From positions 32,801 to 96,800 of the forward strand of contig WGBC01000084.1 of NCBI GenBank assembly GCA_015494535.1: a DNA stretch of 64,000 nt, given 5' to 3'. This stretch comes from Nitratiruptor sp. (GTDB taxonomy: Bacteria; Campylobacterota; Campylobacteria; Campylobacterales; Nitratiruptoraceae). The position numbers and the translations under genes are program-made. The notes under the pieces are model-generated. The model was given only the letters and a program-made list of their open reading frames with translations. It did not search any database and was not told where the DNA came from. Within the stretch, counting starts at the first letter, position 1; every line of letters starts with the position of its first letter. Positions 39,594-49,697 of the stretch are shown piece by piece.

Positions 39594-40765
39594 GCAAACC
39601 TCTCTTTGACGATTTTCAGACTCTCTCTTCTTAGCGTCTCTCCAAGCTCTTTGCCGCTATAGCCTCTTGCCATAAGCTCTTTGGCACTCACTGGCATAAA
39701 TTTCTCATTCCAAAAGCCAAACTTTTTTGCCCGTATTGTAACATCTTGCTTGTAGTTGCCTAGATACTCCTTGATGGGCAGACGCAAAGCCATAGCGGCC
39801 AAAAACCTGTCTGTGCGCCTTTTTGGCAGAGCCTTTTGGTTTTTAAAGATCTTGTAATACTCTCTTGGCGTTTGCAAAATTTCCAAAAAGTAGAAAAAAT
39901 TTTTATGCAGATTCTTAGCAAAAATATAGAGAAAATAGAACTTTCTTAAAGGATCATGGAAGTTTTTTTGCGCTTTTTTCATCTCGATCGCCGTTTTAAA
40001 AAAGAAGCATTTTTTGGGAGCAATGTGGAAAATCTTTTTGGCAACGTTGAGACTCAAGAGATAGTAGAGCCCAAAGTGCAAATGCTTTGCTGTAAACATC
40101 TTCTCAAACTCCCAAAAAATCCGCTCTTTTGAGAGAACGCTAAGATCCATTTTCCGCATCACCTCACAGCTTTTTGGTTCAATCTTATATCCAAAGCGCG
40201 CGGCAAATTGCATGCCTCTAAGCACCCTCAAACTATCTTCCTTGAAACGCTCTTCATCAATAATTGCTATTCTTTTGGCTGCAATATCCTCAATGCCACC
40301 CCAAAAATCAAGAAGCTTTCCACTAAAAATATCAAGCATCAAGGCATTCATGCGAAAATCGCGCCTCTGGCTCGCCTCTTTCTCCTCTTTGGCCAAAGCC
40401 ACCGCAAAGCCTCTGTGCCCTTTGGCAATTTTCTTCTCAGTCCTTGGCAACGCTATATCGATATTGTGGCGATATTTGTAGACAAAAAAGCTTTTGCCCA
40501 CTCCTTTAGCCCCAAGCTTTTGCATGAGCTTATCAAAAAACTCAGGCTCGATACCAAAAACTTCTAAATCGAGATCTTTGATAGGCTCACTCTCTTGATG
40601 AAGATGACTACGCACAAGATCCCTCACACTGCCACCTACCATGTAGATACGCGTTGTATAGGGAGCGAAGAAGTCTCGCAGAGTTTGCAGTTCCTCTCTT
40701 AGAGGAGCTGGAAGCTCCTGAAGTAGGAAGGGATATCGGCCCTCATGACTAAATTTGGCTTGCAT
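39572..40765 (-). CDS. cca: CCA-adding tRNA nucleotidyltransferase (class II)
   Basis: [20 protein letters not shown] and EDSLRVLR motifs. Confidence 0.85.
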   Translation of the reverse strand: MQAKFSHEGRYPFLLQELPAPLREELQTLRDFFAPYTTRIYMVGGSVRDLVRSHLHQESEPIKDLDLEVFGIEPEFFDKLMQKLGAKGVGKSFFVYKYRHNIDIALPRTEKKIAKGHRGFAVALAKEEKEASQRRDFRMNALMLDIFSGKLLDFWGGIEDIAAKRIAIIDEERFKEDSLRVLRGMQFAARFGYKIEPKSCEVMRKMDLSVLSKERIFWEFEKMFTAKHLHFGLYYLLSLNVAKKIFHIAPKKCFFFKTAIEMKKAQKNFHDPLRKFYFLYIFAKNLHKNFFYFLEILQTPREYYKIFKNQKALPKRRTDRFLAAMALRLPIKEYLGNYKQDVTIRAKKFGFWNEKFMPVSAKELMARGYSGKELGETLRRESLKIVKERFACEVTEF

Positions 40766-41819
40766 ATTGCGCTATCAAGCTTCCCATCTCACTGGTAGTG
40801 ACCACCTCTTTGGCATCGAAGCTGCTTAAATCTTTCGTGCGGTATCCCTCTTTTAGCACCTGCTTGATGGCTTGATCGATCCTATCGGCCGCGTGCTCCT
40901 CACCAAATTGATAGCGTAGCATCATCGAAGCACTAGCAATGGTTGCTATTGGATTGGCTATGCCTTGACCAGCAATATCTGGCGCACTCCCGTGAATTGG
41001 CTCATAAAGCCCATATTTTTCACCAATACTTGCACTAGGAAGCAGCCCAATTGAGCCACTGAGCATACTTGCTTCATCGCTTAAAATATCCCCAAAAATA
41101 TTGCCCGTCAAAATCACGTCAAACTGACGCGGATCACGAATAAGCTGCATAGCAGCATTGTCTATATACATATGCTCCAGACTCACATCTTCATACTCTT
41201 TTGCCACCTCTTCTACCGTATCGCGCCAAAGCTGGCTCACTTCCAATACATTCGCTTTATCAACTGAAGTGACCTTCATGTTGCGCTTTCGTGCAATTTC
41301 AAAGGCCACTTTTGCGATGCGCCTTACCTCATCTTTGGTATAAACCATCGTATTGTATGCTTTATCTCCCTCGTAGCCTCTTGGCTGGCCAAAGTAGATA
41401 CCTCCAATTAGCTCTCTTACTACCATCAAATCTGTGCCCCTCAAGACTTCAGGCTTGAGCGTAGATGCATTGAGCAGTTCATCATAAACCTGCACGGGGC
41501 GCAGATTGGCAAAGACTTCGAGCGCTTTGCGCAGTTTTAAAAGTCCGGTTTCCGGACGCTTATCTCTTGGAAGATTGTCCCACTTCGGCCCTCCAATCGC
41601 GCCAAAGAGTACGGCATCGCAACTCTTTGCAATCTCTATCGTCTCTTGGGGAATTGGATCGCCTGTCACGTCGATGGCGGCTCCTCCCAAAAGAGCCTCT
41701 TTGTAAGTAATTTCAAATCCCTCTTTTACACTCACTGCATCCAAAACTTTAACTGCCTCATCGATAATCTCCGGACCAATTCCATCACCCTTAATCAGCG
41801 CTACTTTGTATTTTTTCAT
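40749..41819 (-). CDS. leuB: 3-isopropylmalate dehydrogenase
   Basis: [28 protein letters not shown] and [12 protein letters not shown] motifs. Confidence 0.97.
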   Translation of the reverse strand: MKKYKVALIKGDGIGPEIIDEAVKVLDAVSVKEGFEITYKEALLGGAAIDVTGDPIPQETIEIAKSCDAVLFGAIGGPKWDNLPRDKRPETGLLKLRKALEVFANLRPVQVYDELLNASTLKPEVLRGTDLMVVRELIGGIYFGQPRGYEGDKAYNTMVYTKDEVRRIAKVAFEIARKRNMKVTSVDKANVLEVSQLWRDTVEEVAKEYEDVSLEHMYIDNAAMQLIRDPRQFDVILTGNIFGDILSDEASMLSGSIGLLPSASIGEKYGLYEPIHGSAPDIAGQGIANPIATIASASMMLRYQFGEEHAADRIDQAIKQVLKEGYRTKDLSSFDAKEVVTTSEMGSLIAQYASQI

Positions 41820-42320
41820 CTACTGCGCCTCCATCATTTTGGCTTTAGCATAGTTCATGAGCCCTCCACAAGCGAGAAGCTCTTGCATAAATGGCGGGAT
41901 TGGGGTGAATTTATACTCTTTATGATTGTTAATATCTTTGATAATTCCTTTTTCCATATCTATACTAATTAAGTCCCCCTCTTTTATTGCATCACTCTCT
42001 TTGAGTTCGAATATCGGCAGCCCCATATTAAAGGCGTTGCGATAGAAGATCCTTGCAAAACTCTTAGCCACCACGGCAGCTACTCCCGCAGCTTTAAGAG
42101 CTATTGGAGCATGCTCCCTACTACTTCCACACCCAAAATTTTCACCTGCTACAATAATGTCTCCAGGTTGCAGCTTTTTGACAAAGTCAGGATCCGCATC
42201 CTCCATTACATGCTTTGCAAGCTCATGAGGATCGGAGGTATTGAGATACCTTGCGGCAATTATTAAATCGGTATCGATATTGTCGCCAAACTTCCACACT
42301 TTTCCCGTAATTATATTCAT
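41820..42320 (-). CDS. leuD: 3-isopropylmalate dehydratase small subunit (short type)
   Basis: [17 protein letters not shown] and FARIFYRN motifs; adjacent to leuB. Confidence 0.92.
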   Translation of the reverse strand: MNIITGKVWKFGDNIDTDLIIAARYLNTSDPHELAKHVMEDADPDFVKKLQPGDIIVAGENFGCGSSREHAPIALKAAGVAAVVAKSFARIFYRNAFNMGLPIFELKESDAIKEGDLISIDMEKGIIKDINNHKEYKFTPIPPFMQELLACGGLMNYAKAKMMEAQ

Positions 42321-42397
42321 TTAGGCTCCTCACAATTTTTGGTGATTTTATCAAAAAAGCACCCAAAAGGCAAAATAGTTGCAAAATATAAATTTTA

Positions 42398-42406
42398 TGG
42401 TATAAT
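42398..42406 (+). promoter_or_regulatory. Extended -10 (TGGTATAAT) for rpoD
   Basis: Perfect TGnTATAAT about 47 nt upstream of the rpoD ATG, which follows an AAGGAG SD. Confidence 0.65.
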
Positions 42407-42453
42407 TGGGCGCAATTTAACCCCACCTACTCTATCTTCAAGGAGCTAGCTTT

Positions 42454-44280
42454 ATGGCTGCAAAAGATCTCAATAAAAAATTAGAAGAGTTTTTCAAAGA
42501 ACACAAAGATAGTTATGTAACGTATGAGCAGTTGGTAGAGCTTTTTGATCGCCAACCTACCTTAGCGCAGGCAAAAAAGATTTTGGCACTACAGAAAAAA
42601 TACAACGTAGATATCATCACCAGCGGCGAGGCCGCCAAAAAACTCAATATCGAAGAAAAAGCCAAAAAAGAGGAAGAGCGCAAAAAACTTACAGAAGAGG
42701 AGCTTGCAGAGGAGTTTGATCTTACAAAAGATAAAGAGCTGCTCGAGTGGAGCAGAAGCGATAGCCCAGTAAGGATGTATCTAAGAGAAATGGGGCAGAT
42801 CCCGCTTCTTACAAAAGAGGAGGAGATCGAATTATCCAAAAAGATTGAGCTTGGCGAAAACATTATTCTCGATGCAATCTGCTCCGTACCATATCTTATA
42901 GATTTCATTCTCGATTACAAAGAGCCGCTCATCAATAGAGAGAGGCGAGTAAAAGAGCTCTTTAAAAGTTTCGAAGAAGAGAGCGATGATGAGGAAGAAG
43001 AGAATCTCGACAAAGAGGCGAAAAAGGCCAAGAAATACTCCAAGCGCGAAAAGAAGATCATAGAGCTTTTCAAAGCTTTAGAAAAGGCCAAAAAAGAGTG
43101 GCTAAAAGTCAGAGACAAAGAGTTGCCTGAAGATGCCACGCCAGAAGAGAAGTTTCATCACGAATTGGTAGTAGCCTTCAAGAAAAAACAGCTCAAAGAG
43201 CGCTTGCTAGAACTTGGACCTACTAGCAAACTCATCAACGAGCTCGTCAAATCGATGGAGACCGCTCTAAAGAGTGATGAGGGATTTGAAAAAGAGCTTA
43301 AAAAGCTGGAATACAAGCTCCCGCTTTTTAATGAGCAGCTACGAGAAAACCATAGAAAGCTTTTGGAAGAGATCACACATCTCTCTAAAGAAGAGATCGC
43401 CTCTAGGGTGCCAGAAGCAACGATGGTAAGCACTTATATGGATATCAAAAAGCTCTTTTTGGCAAAAGAAGCTAGCAAGAAGGGCTTCAACCTTGAACCA
43501 GAGAAACTGGTGGAGATTTTGGAGCAGATCAAACGCGGCAAGAAGATCAGCGAAGAGGCAAAAACGCGTATGGCCAAATCAAACCTTCGCCTAGTCGTCT
43601 CCATTGCCAAGCGTTACACCAACAGAGGATTACCATTTTTGGATCTCATTCAAGAAGGCAATATCGGGCTTATGAAAGCTGTAGATAAGTTTGAGTATAA
43701 AAAAGGATATAAATTCTCCACTTATGCTACGTGGTGGATTCGCCAGGCAATCAGTAGGGCAATTGCTGATCAAGCGCGCACCATCAGAATTCCAATTCAT
43801 ATGATCGAAACCATCAACCGCATCAACAAGATTGTGCGCAAGCACCTCCAAGAAACGGGTAAAGAACCAGATGTGGAGACAATTGCAAAAGAAGTAGGTC
43901 TACCGGTAGATAAAGTCAAAAACGTGATCAAAATCACAAAAGAGCCAGTGAGTTTGGAAGCTCCTATCGGCAACGAAGAGGATGGTAAATTTGGAGACTT
44001 TATTGAAGATAAGAGCGCTCCAAACCCGTTAGAAGTTATCATGCGCGAAGATATGAAGCAAAAGATCGACGAAATTCTTGATCATCTCAACGAGAGAGAG
44101 AAAGCGGTCGTGCGCATGCGTTTTGGCCTAATGCCAGATGAGAGTGATAGAACGCTCGAAGAGATTGGTAGAGAGCTCAATGTCACAAGAGAGAGGGTGC
44201 GCCAGATTGAAAGCAGCGCCATTAAAAAACTCAAACATCCAAAAGTTGGCAGAAAGATCAAAAACTACATAGAAGACTAA
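42454..44280 (+). CDS. rpoD: RNA polymerase primary sigma factor RpoD
   Basis: [35 protein letters not shown] and RERVRQIE motifs. Confidence 0.98.
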   Translation: MAAKDLNKKLEEFFKEHKDSYVTYEQLVELFDRQPTLAQAKKILALQKKYNVDIITSGEAAKKLNIEEKAKKEEERKKLTEEELAEEFDLTKDKELLEWSRSDSPVRMYLREMGQIPLLTKEEEIELSKKIELGENIILDAICSVPYLIDFILDYKEPLINRERRVKELFKSFEEESDDEEEENLDKEAKKAKKYSKREKKIIELFKALEKAKKEWLKVRDKELPEDATPEEKFHHELVVAFKKKQLKERLLELGPTSKLINELVKSMETALKSDEGFEKELKKLEYKLPLFNEQLRENHRKLLEEITHLSKEEIASRVPEATMVSTYMDIKKLFLAKEASKKGFNLEPEKLVEILEQIKRGKKISEEAKTRMAKSNLRLVVSIAKRYTNRGLPFLDLIQEGNIGLMKAVDKFEYKKGYKFSTYATWWIRQAISRAIADQARTIRIPIHMIETINRINKIVRKHLQETGKEPDVETIAKEVGLPVDKVKNVIKITKEPVSLEAPIGNEEDGKFGDFIEDKSAPNPLEVIMREDMKQKIDEILDHLNEREKAVVRMRFGLMPDESDRTLEEIGRELNVTRERVRQIESSAIKKLKHPKVGRKIKNYIED

Positions 44281-44284
44281 CAAC

Positions 44285-44311
44285 TCCCGCTAAATCCAGA
44301 ATGTAGCGGGG
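44285..44311. terminator. Hairpin between convergent rpoD and the downstream gene
   Basis: CCCGCTA...TAGCGGG inverted repeat. Confidence 0.6.
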
Positions 44312-44312
44312 A

Positions 44313-44795
44313 CTACTCCTTGCCAAACAGCGCATAAAACATTGCGCTTAACGGCAATACCGCAAGTCCTAGCAAAAAGCTCACTGGATCAAATATCGCT
44401 TTTCGAATCAGCATCAATACAACGACCACCAAAAAGAGATATCCAAAGAGGCGATACATCGAGAAAAACCCGCCAAGACCTAAGACGAAGTTTTTCATGG
44501 CTTTTTGGCTTTTAACTTTTTTCTTCTCCTCTTCGAAAAGCTCTTTTGCGCTTAAGTGCCGATTCTCTTCTTCATTATAGAGCTCGAACCTATCCTCTAT
44601 CCCATCGATTATATCGCGCCCTAAGTGGGATTTCTTTTGCACCACCTTCTTGTAACCTTGGAAGCTGCCAAGTATGATGAGTAGCGAAGCAATGAAGGCT
44701 AGCTGCGAGTTGATCAGCGCATATCTATCAAAAGAGATACTCCAAAAAATGAGTACAATATCCACAAAAAAGGCGATGGCAAAGATTTTTCTCAT
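44313..44795 (-). CDS. Conserved Campylobacterota membrane protein (four TM)
   Basis: Hydrophobic segments flank a charged loop; coupled to the AtpZ-like gene. Confidence 0.7.
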   Translation of the reverse strand: MRKIFAIAFFVDIVLIFWSISFDRYALINSQLAFIASLLIILGSFQGYKKVVQKKSHLGRDIIDGIEDRFELYNEEENRHLSAKELFEEEKKKVKSQKAMKNFVLGLGGFFSMYRLFGYLFLVVVVLMLIRKAIFDPVSFLLGLAVLPLSAMFYALFGKE

Positions 44796-45085
44796 TTTTC
44801 AAACTCTTCCAGCTCGTCCTCGCCACCATCGTAGTAGTTTTTATAGCGAGGATCCTTTGCCAGCTCCTCCAACTCTTTTTTCTGTTTCTGGTAGGCTTTG
44901 TAAATGTTCAAAATAGCAGCGGCCACGCCCCAAAAGACACCAAGCCACAAGAGCCAAGCCTGATGGAAAATGGACTTCATCCAAAGCCCAAGTCCAACGC
45001 CTATGAGTATGGCAACAACTATGCTAATACCCAAAGAGAGCGCCTCCGCACCCTCTATGATTTTTCTATATTTTGGCTGCTTCAT
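44792..45085 (-). CDS. AtpZ/AtpI (ATPase_gene1)-family small membrane protein
   Basis: [19 protein letters not shown]...GVFWGVAAA helical hairpin. Confidence 0.75.
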   Translation of the reverse strand: MKQPKYRKIIEGAEALSLGISIVVAILIGVGLGLWMKSIFHQAWLLWLGVFWGVAAAILNIYKAYQKQKKELEELAKDPRYKNYYDGGEDELEEFEK

Positions 45086-46365
45086 ACAATCTTTTTCAAT
45101 GCGTCATCGATTTTTTCAAGCGTCTCATCGATAAGTTTCTCATCAAGAGGCGTGCATATAAATCCAGCCTCAAATTGGCTGCAAGCAAAATAGATCCCTC
45201 TTTGGATCATCGCTTGATGAAACTTGGCAAAAAACTCAAGATCGCTTTTTTGGGCATCATCAAAATTTTTCACTTCATTTTCATTGAAGAAGAATCCAAA
45301 CATACTTCCTCGCACATCCACCTGCAAAGGCACGCCATAATTATTTGCAATCTTCTCAAATCCCCCTACCAAGCCTTTTGCCCTGGCTTCTAGTACCTGA
45401 TAAATGGATGGATCCTTTTTGAGGCGCCTAATCACGCTAAGTCCCGCAGCCATCGCCACGGGATTTCCACTGAGCGTACCCGCTTGATAGACTGGTCCTT
45501 CTGGGCTTAGATGCGCCATGATTTCAGCTCTAGCTGCAAATGCCCCTACAGGCATACCGCCACCGATGACTTTGCCAAAGGTCACCATATCCGGTACTAC
45601 GCTTGTAAAGCCTTGCGCCCCTTTGAGGCTTGCGCGAAAACCACTCATCACCTCGTCAAAAATAAGCAGCGTCCCATGCTCATCGCAAAGCTCTCTTAGC
45701 TCTTGCAAGAACGCCTCGTCCGCTGGCACAAGACCCATATTGCCCGCGATCGGCTCGATAATGACGCAAGCGATATTGTCACTTGCAGAGAAACACTGCT
45801 TGACACTCTCTATATCGTTGTAGCGCGCTAAAAGCGTGTGCTTGGTAAAGTCGGCAGGCACTCCCGGAGAGCTTGGCATGCCAAAAGTAGCTGCACCACT
45901 ACCGGCACTCACCAAGAGTGAGTCGCTATGGCCGTGATAACATCCTTCAAATTTAATTATGTCATCTTTGCCTGTATAACCTCTAGCAAGCCTGATGGCG
46001 CTCATTACTGCTTCTGTTCCGCTGGAGACGAAACGAATCTTATCGATTGCATCGAAGATCTCCACAATCTCTTTGGCAAGTTCGGTCTCAAGAAGTGTTG
46101 GCGCTCCAAAACTTAACCCTTTTTGTGCTTGATCGCATACAGCTTCCAAAGTCTCCTTATCGGCATGCCCAAAAATTAGAGGACCCCAGCTTTGCACATA
46201 GTCGATATAGCGGTTTCCGTCAATATCAAACAAAAATGCACCCTCTCCCTTTTCGATAAATGGTGGCGTGCCGCCTACGCTCTTGAAAGCCCTCACCGGC
46301 GAATCAACCCCACCTGGAATATATTGCAAAGCTTCATTGTACGCTTCTATGCTTCTATTTAGCAT
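45082..46365 (-). CDS. hemL: Glutamate-1-semialdehyde 2,1-aminomutase
   Basis: [33 protein letters not shown] and QAGTLSGNP motifs. Confidence 0.97.
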   Translation of the reverse strand: MLNRSIEAYNEALQYIPGGVDSPVRAFKSVGGTPPFIEKGEGAFLFDIDGNRYIDYVQSWGPLIFGHADKETLEAVCDQAQKGLSFGAPTLLETELAKEIVEIFDAIDKIRFVSSGTEAVMSAIRLARGYTGKDDIIKFEGCYHGHSDSLLVSAGSGAATFGMPSSPGVPADFTKHTLLARYNDIESVKQCFSASDNIACVIIEPIAGNMGLVPADEAFLQELRELCDEHGTLLIFDEVMSGFRASLKGAQGFTSVVPDMVTFGKVIGGGMPVGAFAARAEIMAHLSPEGPVYQAGTLSGNPVAMAAGLSVIRRLKKDPSIYQVLEARAKGLVGGFEKIANNYGVPLQVDVRGSMFGFFFNENEVKNFDDAQKSDLEFFAKFHQAMIQRGIYFACSQFEAGFICTPLDEKLIDETLEKIDDALKKIV

Positions 46366-46417
46366 CCACTACCCTTTTTTATTTTGATTTTATCGCAAAT
46401 TTGATTATAATCCCTTT

Positions 46418-47203
46418 ATGAATCGTCTTGCCATCTCTTTTTTTATAACGCTGCTTCTTTATATACTGCTTTTTGCAATTCTCAAATTTGACTTGCAAAA
46501 ACCAAAAAAACTGCCTATGAAAAAGAGATTTTCACTGCAAAATCTTAAACTCATCCCCATACCAAAACCAACCAAAAAACTGGCTACAAAACCACAACCA
46601 CCAAAGCCAAAACCTAAGCCTAAACCTAAGCCTAAATCAATCAAAAAACAAGAAGTTGCAAAGAAGATAAAGCCCAAAAAAACAGAGAAAAAAAAATATA
46701 ATAAAAAAATTAAAAAAACACCAAAAAAACGCCAATCCACCGCAAAAAAGGCTCTTAAAAAAAGCGAGCAAAACAGTACAAAACTGCCAACTACCCTCCC
46801 CTCACTCAACACGCTCTTTGCAAAAAAGTCCGTACCTAAAAAAGAGCCTTTGCCAAAAGAGATACAAAAACTCTACAAAGACGAATTTTCCACTTTCACC
46901 AAAGAGCAGCAAAAGTTTATAAAAGATAATCTCTCTAAAATCGGAGAAATCACGCAAAAGTATCTCTATCTTCGTGGATACCCGTATATCGCGGTAAAAA
47001 CTAGGCAAGAAGGGGTTAATATCGTAGAGTTTAATCTACATCCAAATGGAGATATCACTGATTTAAAGCTCATAAGTTCCAGCGGCTACGAAGTTTTGGA
47101 TAAAAACAGCATCGAAACCATAAAAGCCGCCTACAAAGACTACCCGCTACCCAAAGAGACAACAAAGATCAAAATCTACGTCCAATACTCCATCATCTAT
47201 TAA
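46418..47203 (+). CDS. tonB: Energy transducer TonB family protein
   Basis: N-terminal TM, Pro/Lys-rich linker, TonB_C motif YP..A..QEG...SSGY..LD. Confidence 0.85.
   Translation: MNRLAISFFITLLLYILLFAILKFDLQKPKKLPMKKRFSLQNLKLIPIPKPTKKLATKPQPPKPKPKPKPKPKSIKKQEVAKKIKPKKTEKKKYNKKIKKTPKKRQSTAKKALKKSEQNSTKLPTTLPSLNTLFAKKSVPKKEPLPKEIQKLYKDEFSTFTKEQQKFIKDNLSKIGEITQKYLYLRGYPYIAVKTRQEGVNIVEFNLHPNGDITDLKLISSSGYEVLDKNSIETIKAAYKDYPLPKETTKIKIYVQYSIIY
46601..46636 (+). repeat. Pro-Lys codon repeat (CCWAAR)n in the TonB linker
   Basis: ccaaagccaaaacctaagcctaaacctaagcctaaa. Confidence 0.7.
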
Positions 47204-49155
47204 ACATTGCACTCTTTTGCCACAAACTGCTTAGGCGCATCGAAATAGAATCCTTGCGCGAAATCGACGCCTACATGTTTGATCTTGTCAAATATCTCTT
47301 CGCTGCTTACATATTCAGATACAGTTTTGATACCCTTTTTCTTGGCAAAGCCGACTATGGTGGAGACTATGAGTTCCGAGTCTTCATCTTCGCAAATGTT
47401 CTTGACAAGAGAACCGTCTATTTTGATGTAATCGATCGGGAGCTTGAGGATATGCTCGAAATTTGAATAGCCCGTGCCAAAATCGTCGATGGCAATCTGA
47501 CAGCCTATATCTTTCATCTCGTTGACGAATTGATAGACAAGATCGTAATTCTCTATCCCTTCCGATTCCACAATCTCCAAAATAAGTCTATTCTGGACTT
47601 TATAGTTGCTTACAGATTCCTTGAGCTTATGGACGATTTGTGGATTAATAATATCCAAAATGGAGAGATTGATGGAGAAACTGCATGGGCTCTCTTGAAA
47701 ATATTGGCAGCTCTTTTCTATCATTATCTCTGTAAGCTTGTGGTAGAACTTACTCTTTTTGGCAATCTCCAAAAACACTCCCGGCGAGACTACAGAACCG
47801 TCATCATCCAAAATTCTCACCAAACACTCATACCCTTTTGGCTGGAGTGTTTGGGTATTGATAATTGGCTGGAAAAATGGCACTACACGATCAAGCTCGA
47901 TCGCTTTTTTGAGATTTTTGACCCACATAATGTTTTTTTCATACTCTTTTTCAACTTTGGAATCGGCCTCTTGATCGTAAATTTCATAGACTTTTCTATG
48001 TTTGCGCGCTTTCTTAAGAGCAATATCGGCCTTCTCCAGCGCTCCTTCCTTACCGGCAACCGCTCCCATTGTCACGTGCAACGCTAGCTCTTTATCTCCA
48101 TGAAAAAAGATCATGTTTTCAATTTTTTGGACAAAAATATCGAGAAAATGCTTGAGATCGCTCTTGCTCATACTATTTTTAAAAAGTAAGGCAAATTCAT
48201 CTCCAGATAGGCGATAGAGCTTTGGGTTGTTGGTGGTTATGAGGGATTTGAGCTTTTTGGTAAAGTCTTGCAAGATCTTGTCCCCAATCTTATGCCCGAA
48301 AAGATCGTTTATCTCTTTGAAATCATCTATGTTGATGATGATGAGGCTTGCATCTTTTTGCTCCGCCAAATCCTCTTGGAGCTTGACGCGATTGGAGAGA
48401 CCTGTGAGCGAATCGATGTAAAGCCTGTTACGAAGCTCTTTCGTTTTCTCAGCCACCTGCCTTTCTAGCTCTTTATTCATGTTCTCTTGATGTTGCGCGT
48501 AACTTTTGATTTTGCTCTGCATATTTTCAAGGACCGAAACGATGGCACCAATCTCATCCTCTCTCGATTTAAATGGAAGTTTGAGATCCTTTCTCGGCGA
48601 ATAGTGTTTGAGTTCAGTCACTATCTTTTTAAGAGGAGAGAGAAGCTGCTCGAGGTAAATACTAAAGAGCACCAGTAAAAGCGTAATACCACCTAGAAAC
48701 ATCCAAAGTAGCTTGCTATATTTATTGACGACATCTTTGTAGTGCTCATATGAGTATATCACGTGCATCCTACCAATGTCTTCTTGGCTATTGGGCTTTT
48801 TGATGGCTTTAGTAAAGACGAAGTAGTCTTTGTTTTGGATGTTTTGCTTCAAATAGCTTGCTACGACTTTATTGTGGCTGATAATCGTAACGCCCAAGAT
48901 ATTTTTGTTATGGTCCACTATCTGCTTGACCAACTCGCCTATTTTCTTATCAAATCCCAAATAGAGATTCATCGCAACCGTTGGAATGATAGTATCGACA
49001 ATCACTTCGGCTTTCGATTTTTCCATATTTTTGAAAGCCTCTTTTCCTACTTCTTCGAAGGTATAGAAAATAAGCATAATCAGTGAAATTGAAACAAGGA
49101 AGAAGTGTAGCAATATGCGTCTACTAATCGATTTGTTGATATTTACAAATTTCAT
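47200..49155 (-). CDS. Membrane sensor with periplasmic domain, HAMP, GGDEF (SGDEF) and EAL domains; c-di-GMP enzyme
   Basis: Two TM helices; HAMP (PLKKI...DEIG); DSLTGLSNR, DDFKEIND.FGH, RLSGDEF; FQPI, ECLVR, EIVES, DDFGTGYSN, IKIDGS, QGFYF. Confidence 0.92.
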   Translation of the reverse strand: MKFVNINKSISRRILLHFFLVSISLIMLIFYTFEEVGKEAFKNMEKSKAEVIVDTIIPTVAMNLYLGFDKKIGELVKQIVDHNKNILGVTIISHNKVVASYLKQNIQNKDYFVFTKAIKKPNSQEDIGRMHVIYSYEHYKDVVNKYSKLLWMFLGGITLLLVLFSIYLEQLLSPLKKIVTELKHYSPRKDLKLPFKSREDEIGAIVSVLENMQSKIKSYAQHQENMNKELERQVAEKTKELRNRLYIDSLTGLSNRVKLQEDLAEQKDASLIIINIDDFKEINDLFGHKIGDKILQDFTKKLKSLITTNNPKLYRLSGDEFALLFKNSMSKSDLKHFLDIFVQKIENMIFFHGDKELALHVTMGAVAGKEGALEKADIALKKARKHRKVYEIYDQEADSKVEKEYEKNIMWVKNLKKAIELDRVVPFFQPIINTQTLQPKGYECLVRILDDDGSVVSPGVFLEIAKKSKFYHKLTEIMIEKSCQYFQESPCSFSINLSILDIINPQIVHKLKESVSNYKVQNRLILEIVESEGIENYDLVYQFVNEMKDIGCQIAIDDFGTGYSNFEHILKLPIDYIKIDGSLVKNICEDEDSELIVSTIVGFAKKKGIKTVSEYVSSEEIFDKIKHVGVDFAQGFYFDAPKQFVAKECNV

Positions 49156-49697
49156 TCTACAATCTTTGCAACCCTAAAGAGTGTATCGACAAAATCAAAC
49201 CTGTTTTTGAGCAATACCTCTTTGTAGATGAAAATCTCCACATCCTTTTTCAAGCTTACATTGAATAAAAAACCATAAAAGAGATCCTCTTTGGCATAAG
49301 TAAAAGAGTAGATGTTTTTACGTTCAATCAGTTGTGCCACTTTTTTTATTTCCTCTTCTTCCAATTTCATTACATATAGTGCGTCTATATTGTTGATAAC
49401 TCTTTTATCGGCAAAAAGTTGATTTGGATTTAGTATCTCTACGGCAAATTTGAATCCCTGCAGTCCAGAAGCATACTTTTTGTAGAGTTTTTCTCTAAAT
49501 AGTTGCGCGCTGAAAAAATCCACTTTGTCACATATAATATAAAAATCTACTATCTTGTCGGGAACGTTTTTGTCAATGTTTCGATCGAATAGCATAAGTT
49601 TGGGGTAAATAGAGGATTGGAATTTCAAAAGCATCGTATTGTATTCGTATGCCCCCAAATAGAGGCAAAAGATGAGTAACGATACAACTATACGCAT
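49152..49697 (-). CDS. Periplasmic YfiR/HmsC/DUF4154-like protein
   Basis: Signal peptide, about 180 aa, N-terminal helix LLKFQSSIYPKLMLFD, position between a TBDR and a HAMP-GGDEF gene. Confidence 0.6.
   Translation of the reverse strand: MRIVVSLLIFCLYLGAYEYNTMLLKFQSSIYPKLMLFDRNIDKNVPDKIVDFYIICDKVDFFSAQLFREKLYKKYASGLQGFKFAVEILNPNQLFADKRVINNIDALYVMKLEEEEIKKVAQLIERKNIYSFTYAKEDLFYGFLFNVSLKKDVEIFIYKEVLLKNRFDFVDTLFRVAKIVE

Noticed and set aside
46560-46770. A-rich low-complexity tract and short repeats as a VNTR or phase-variation site
   Set aside because: Explained by the Pro/Lys-rich TonB linker; the frame is intact and no long poly-G/C contingency tract was seen.
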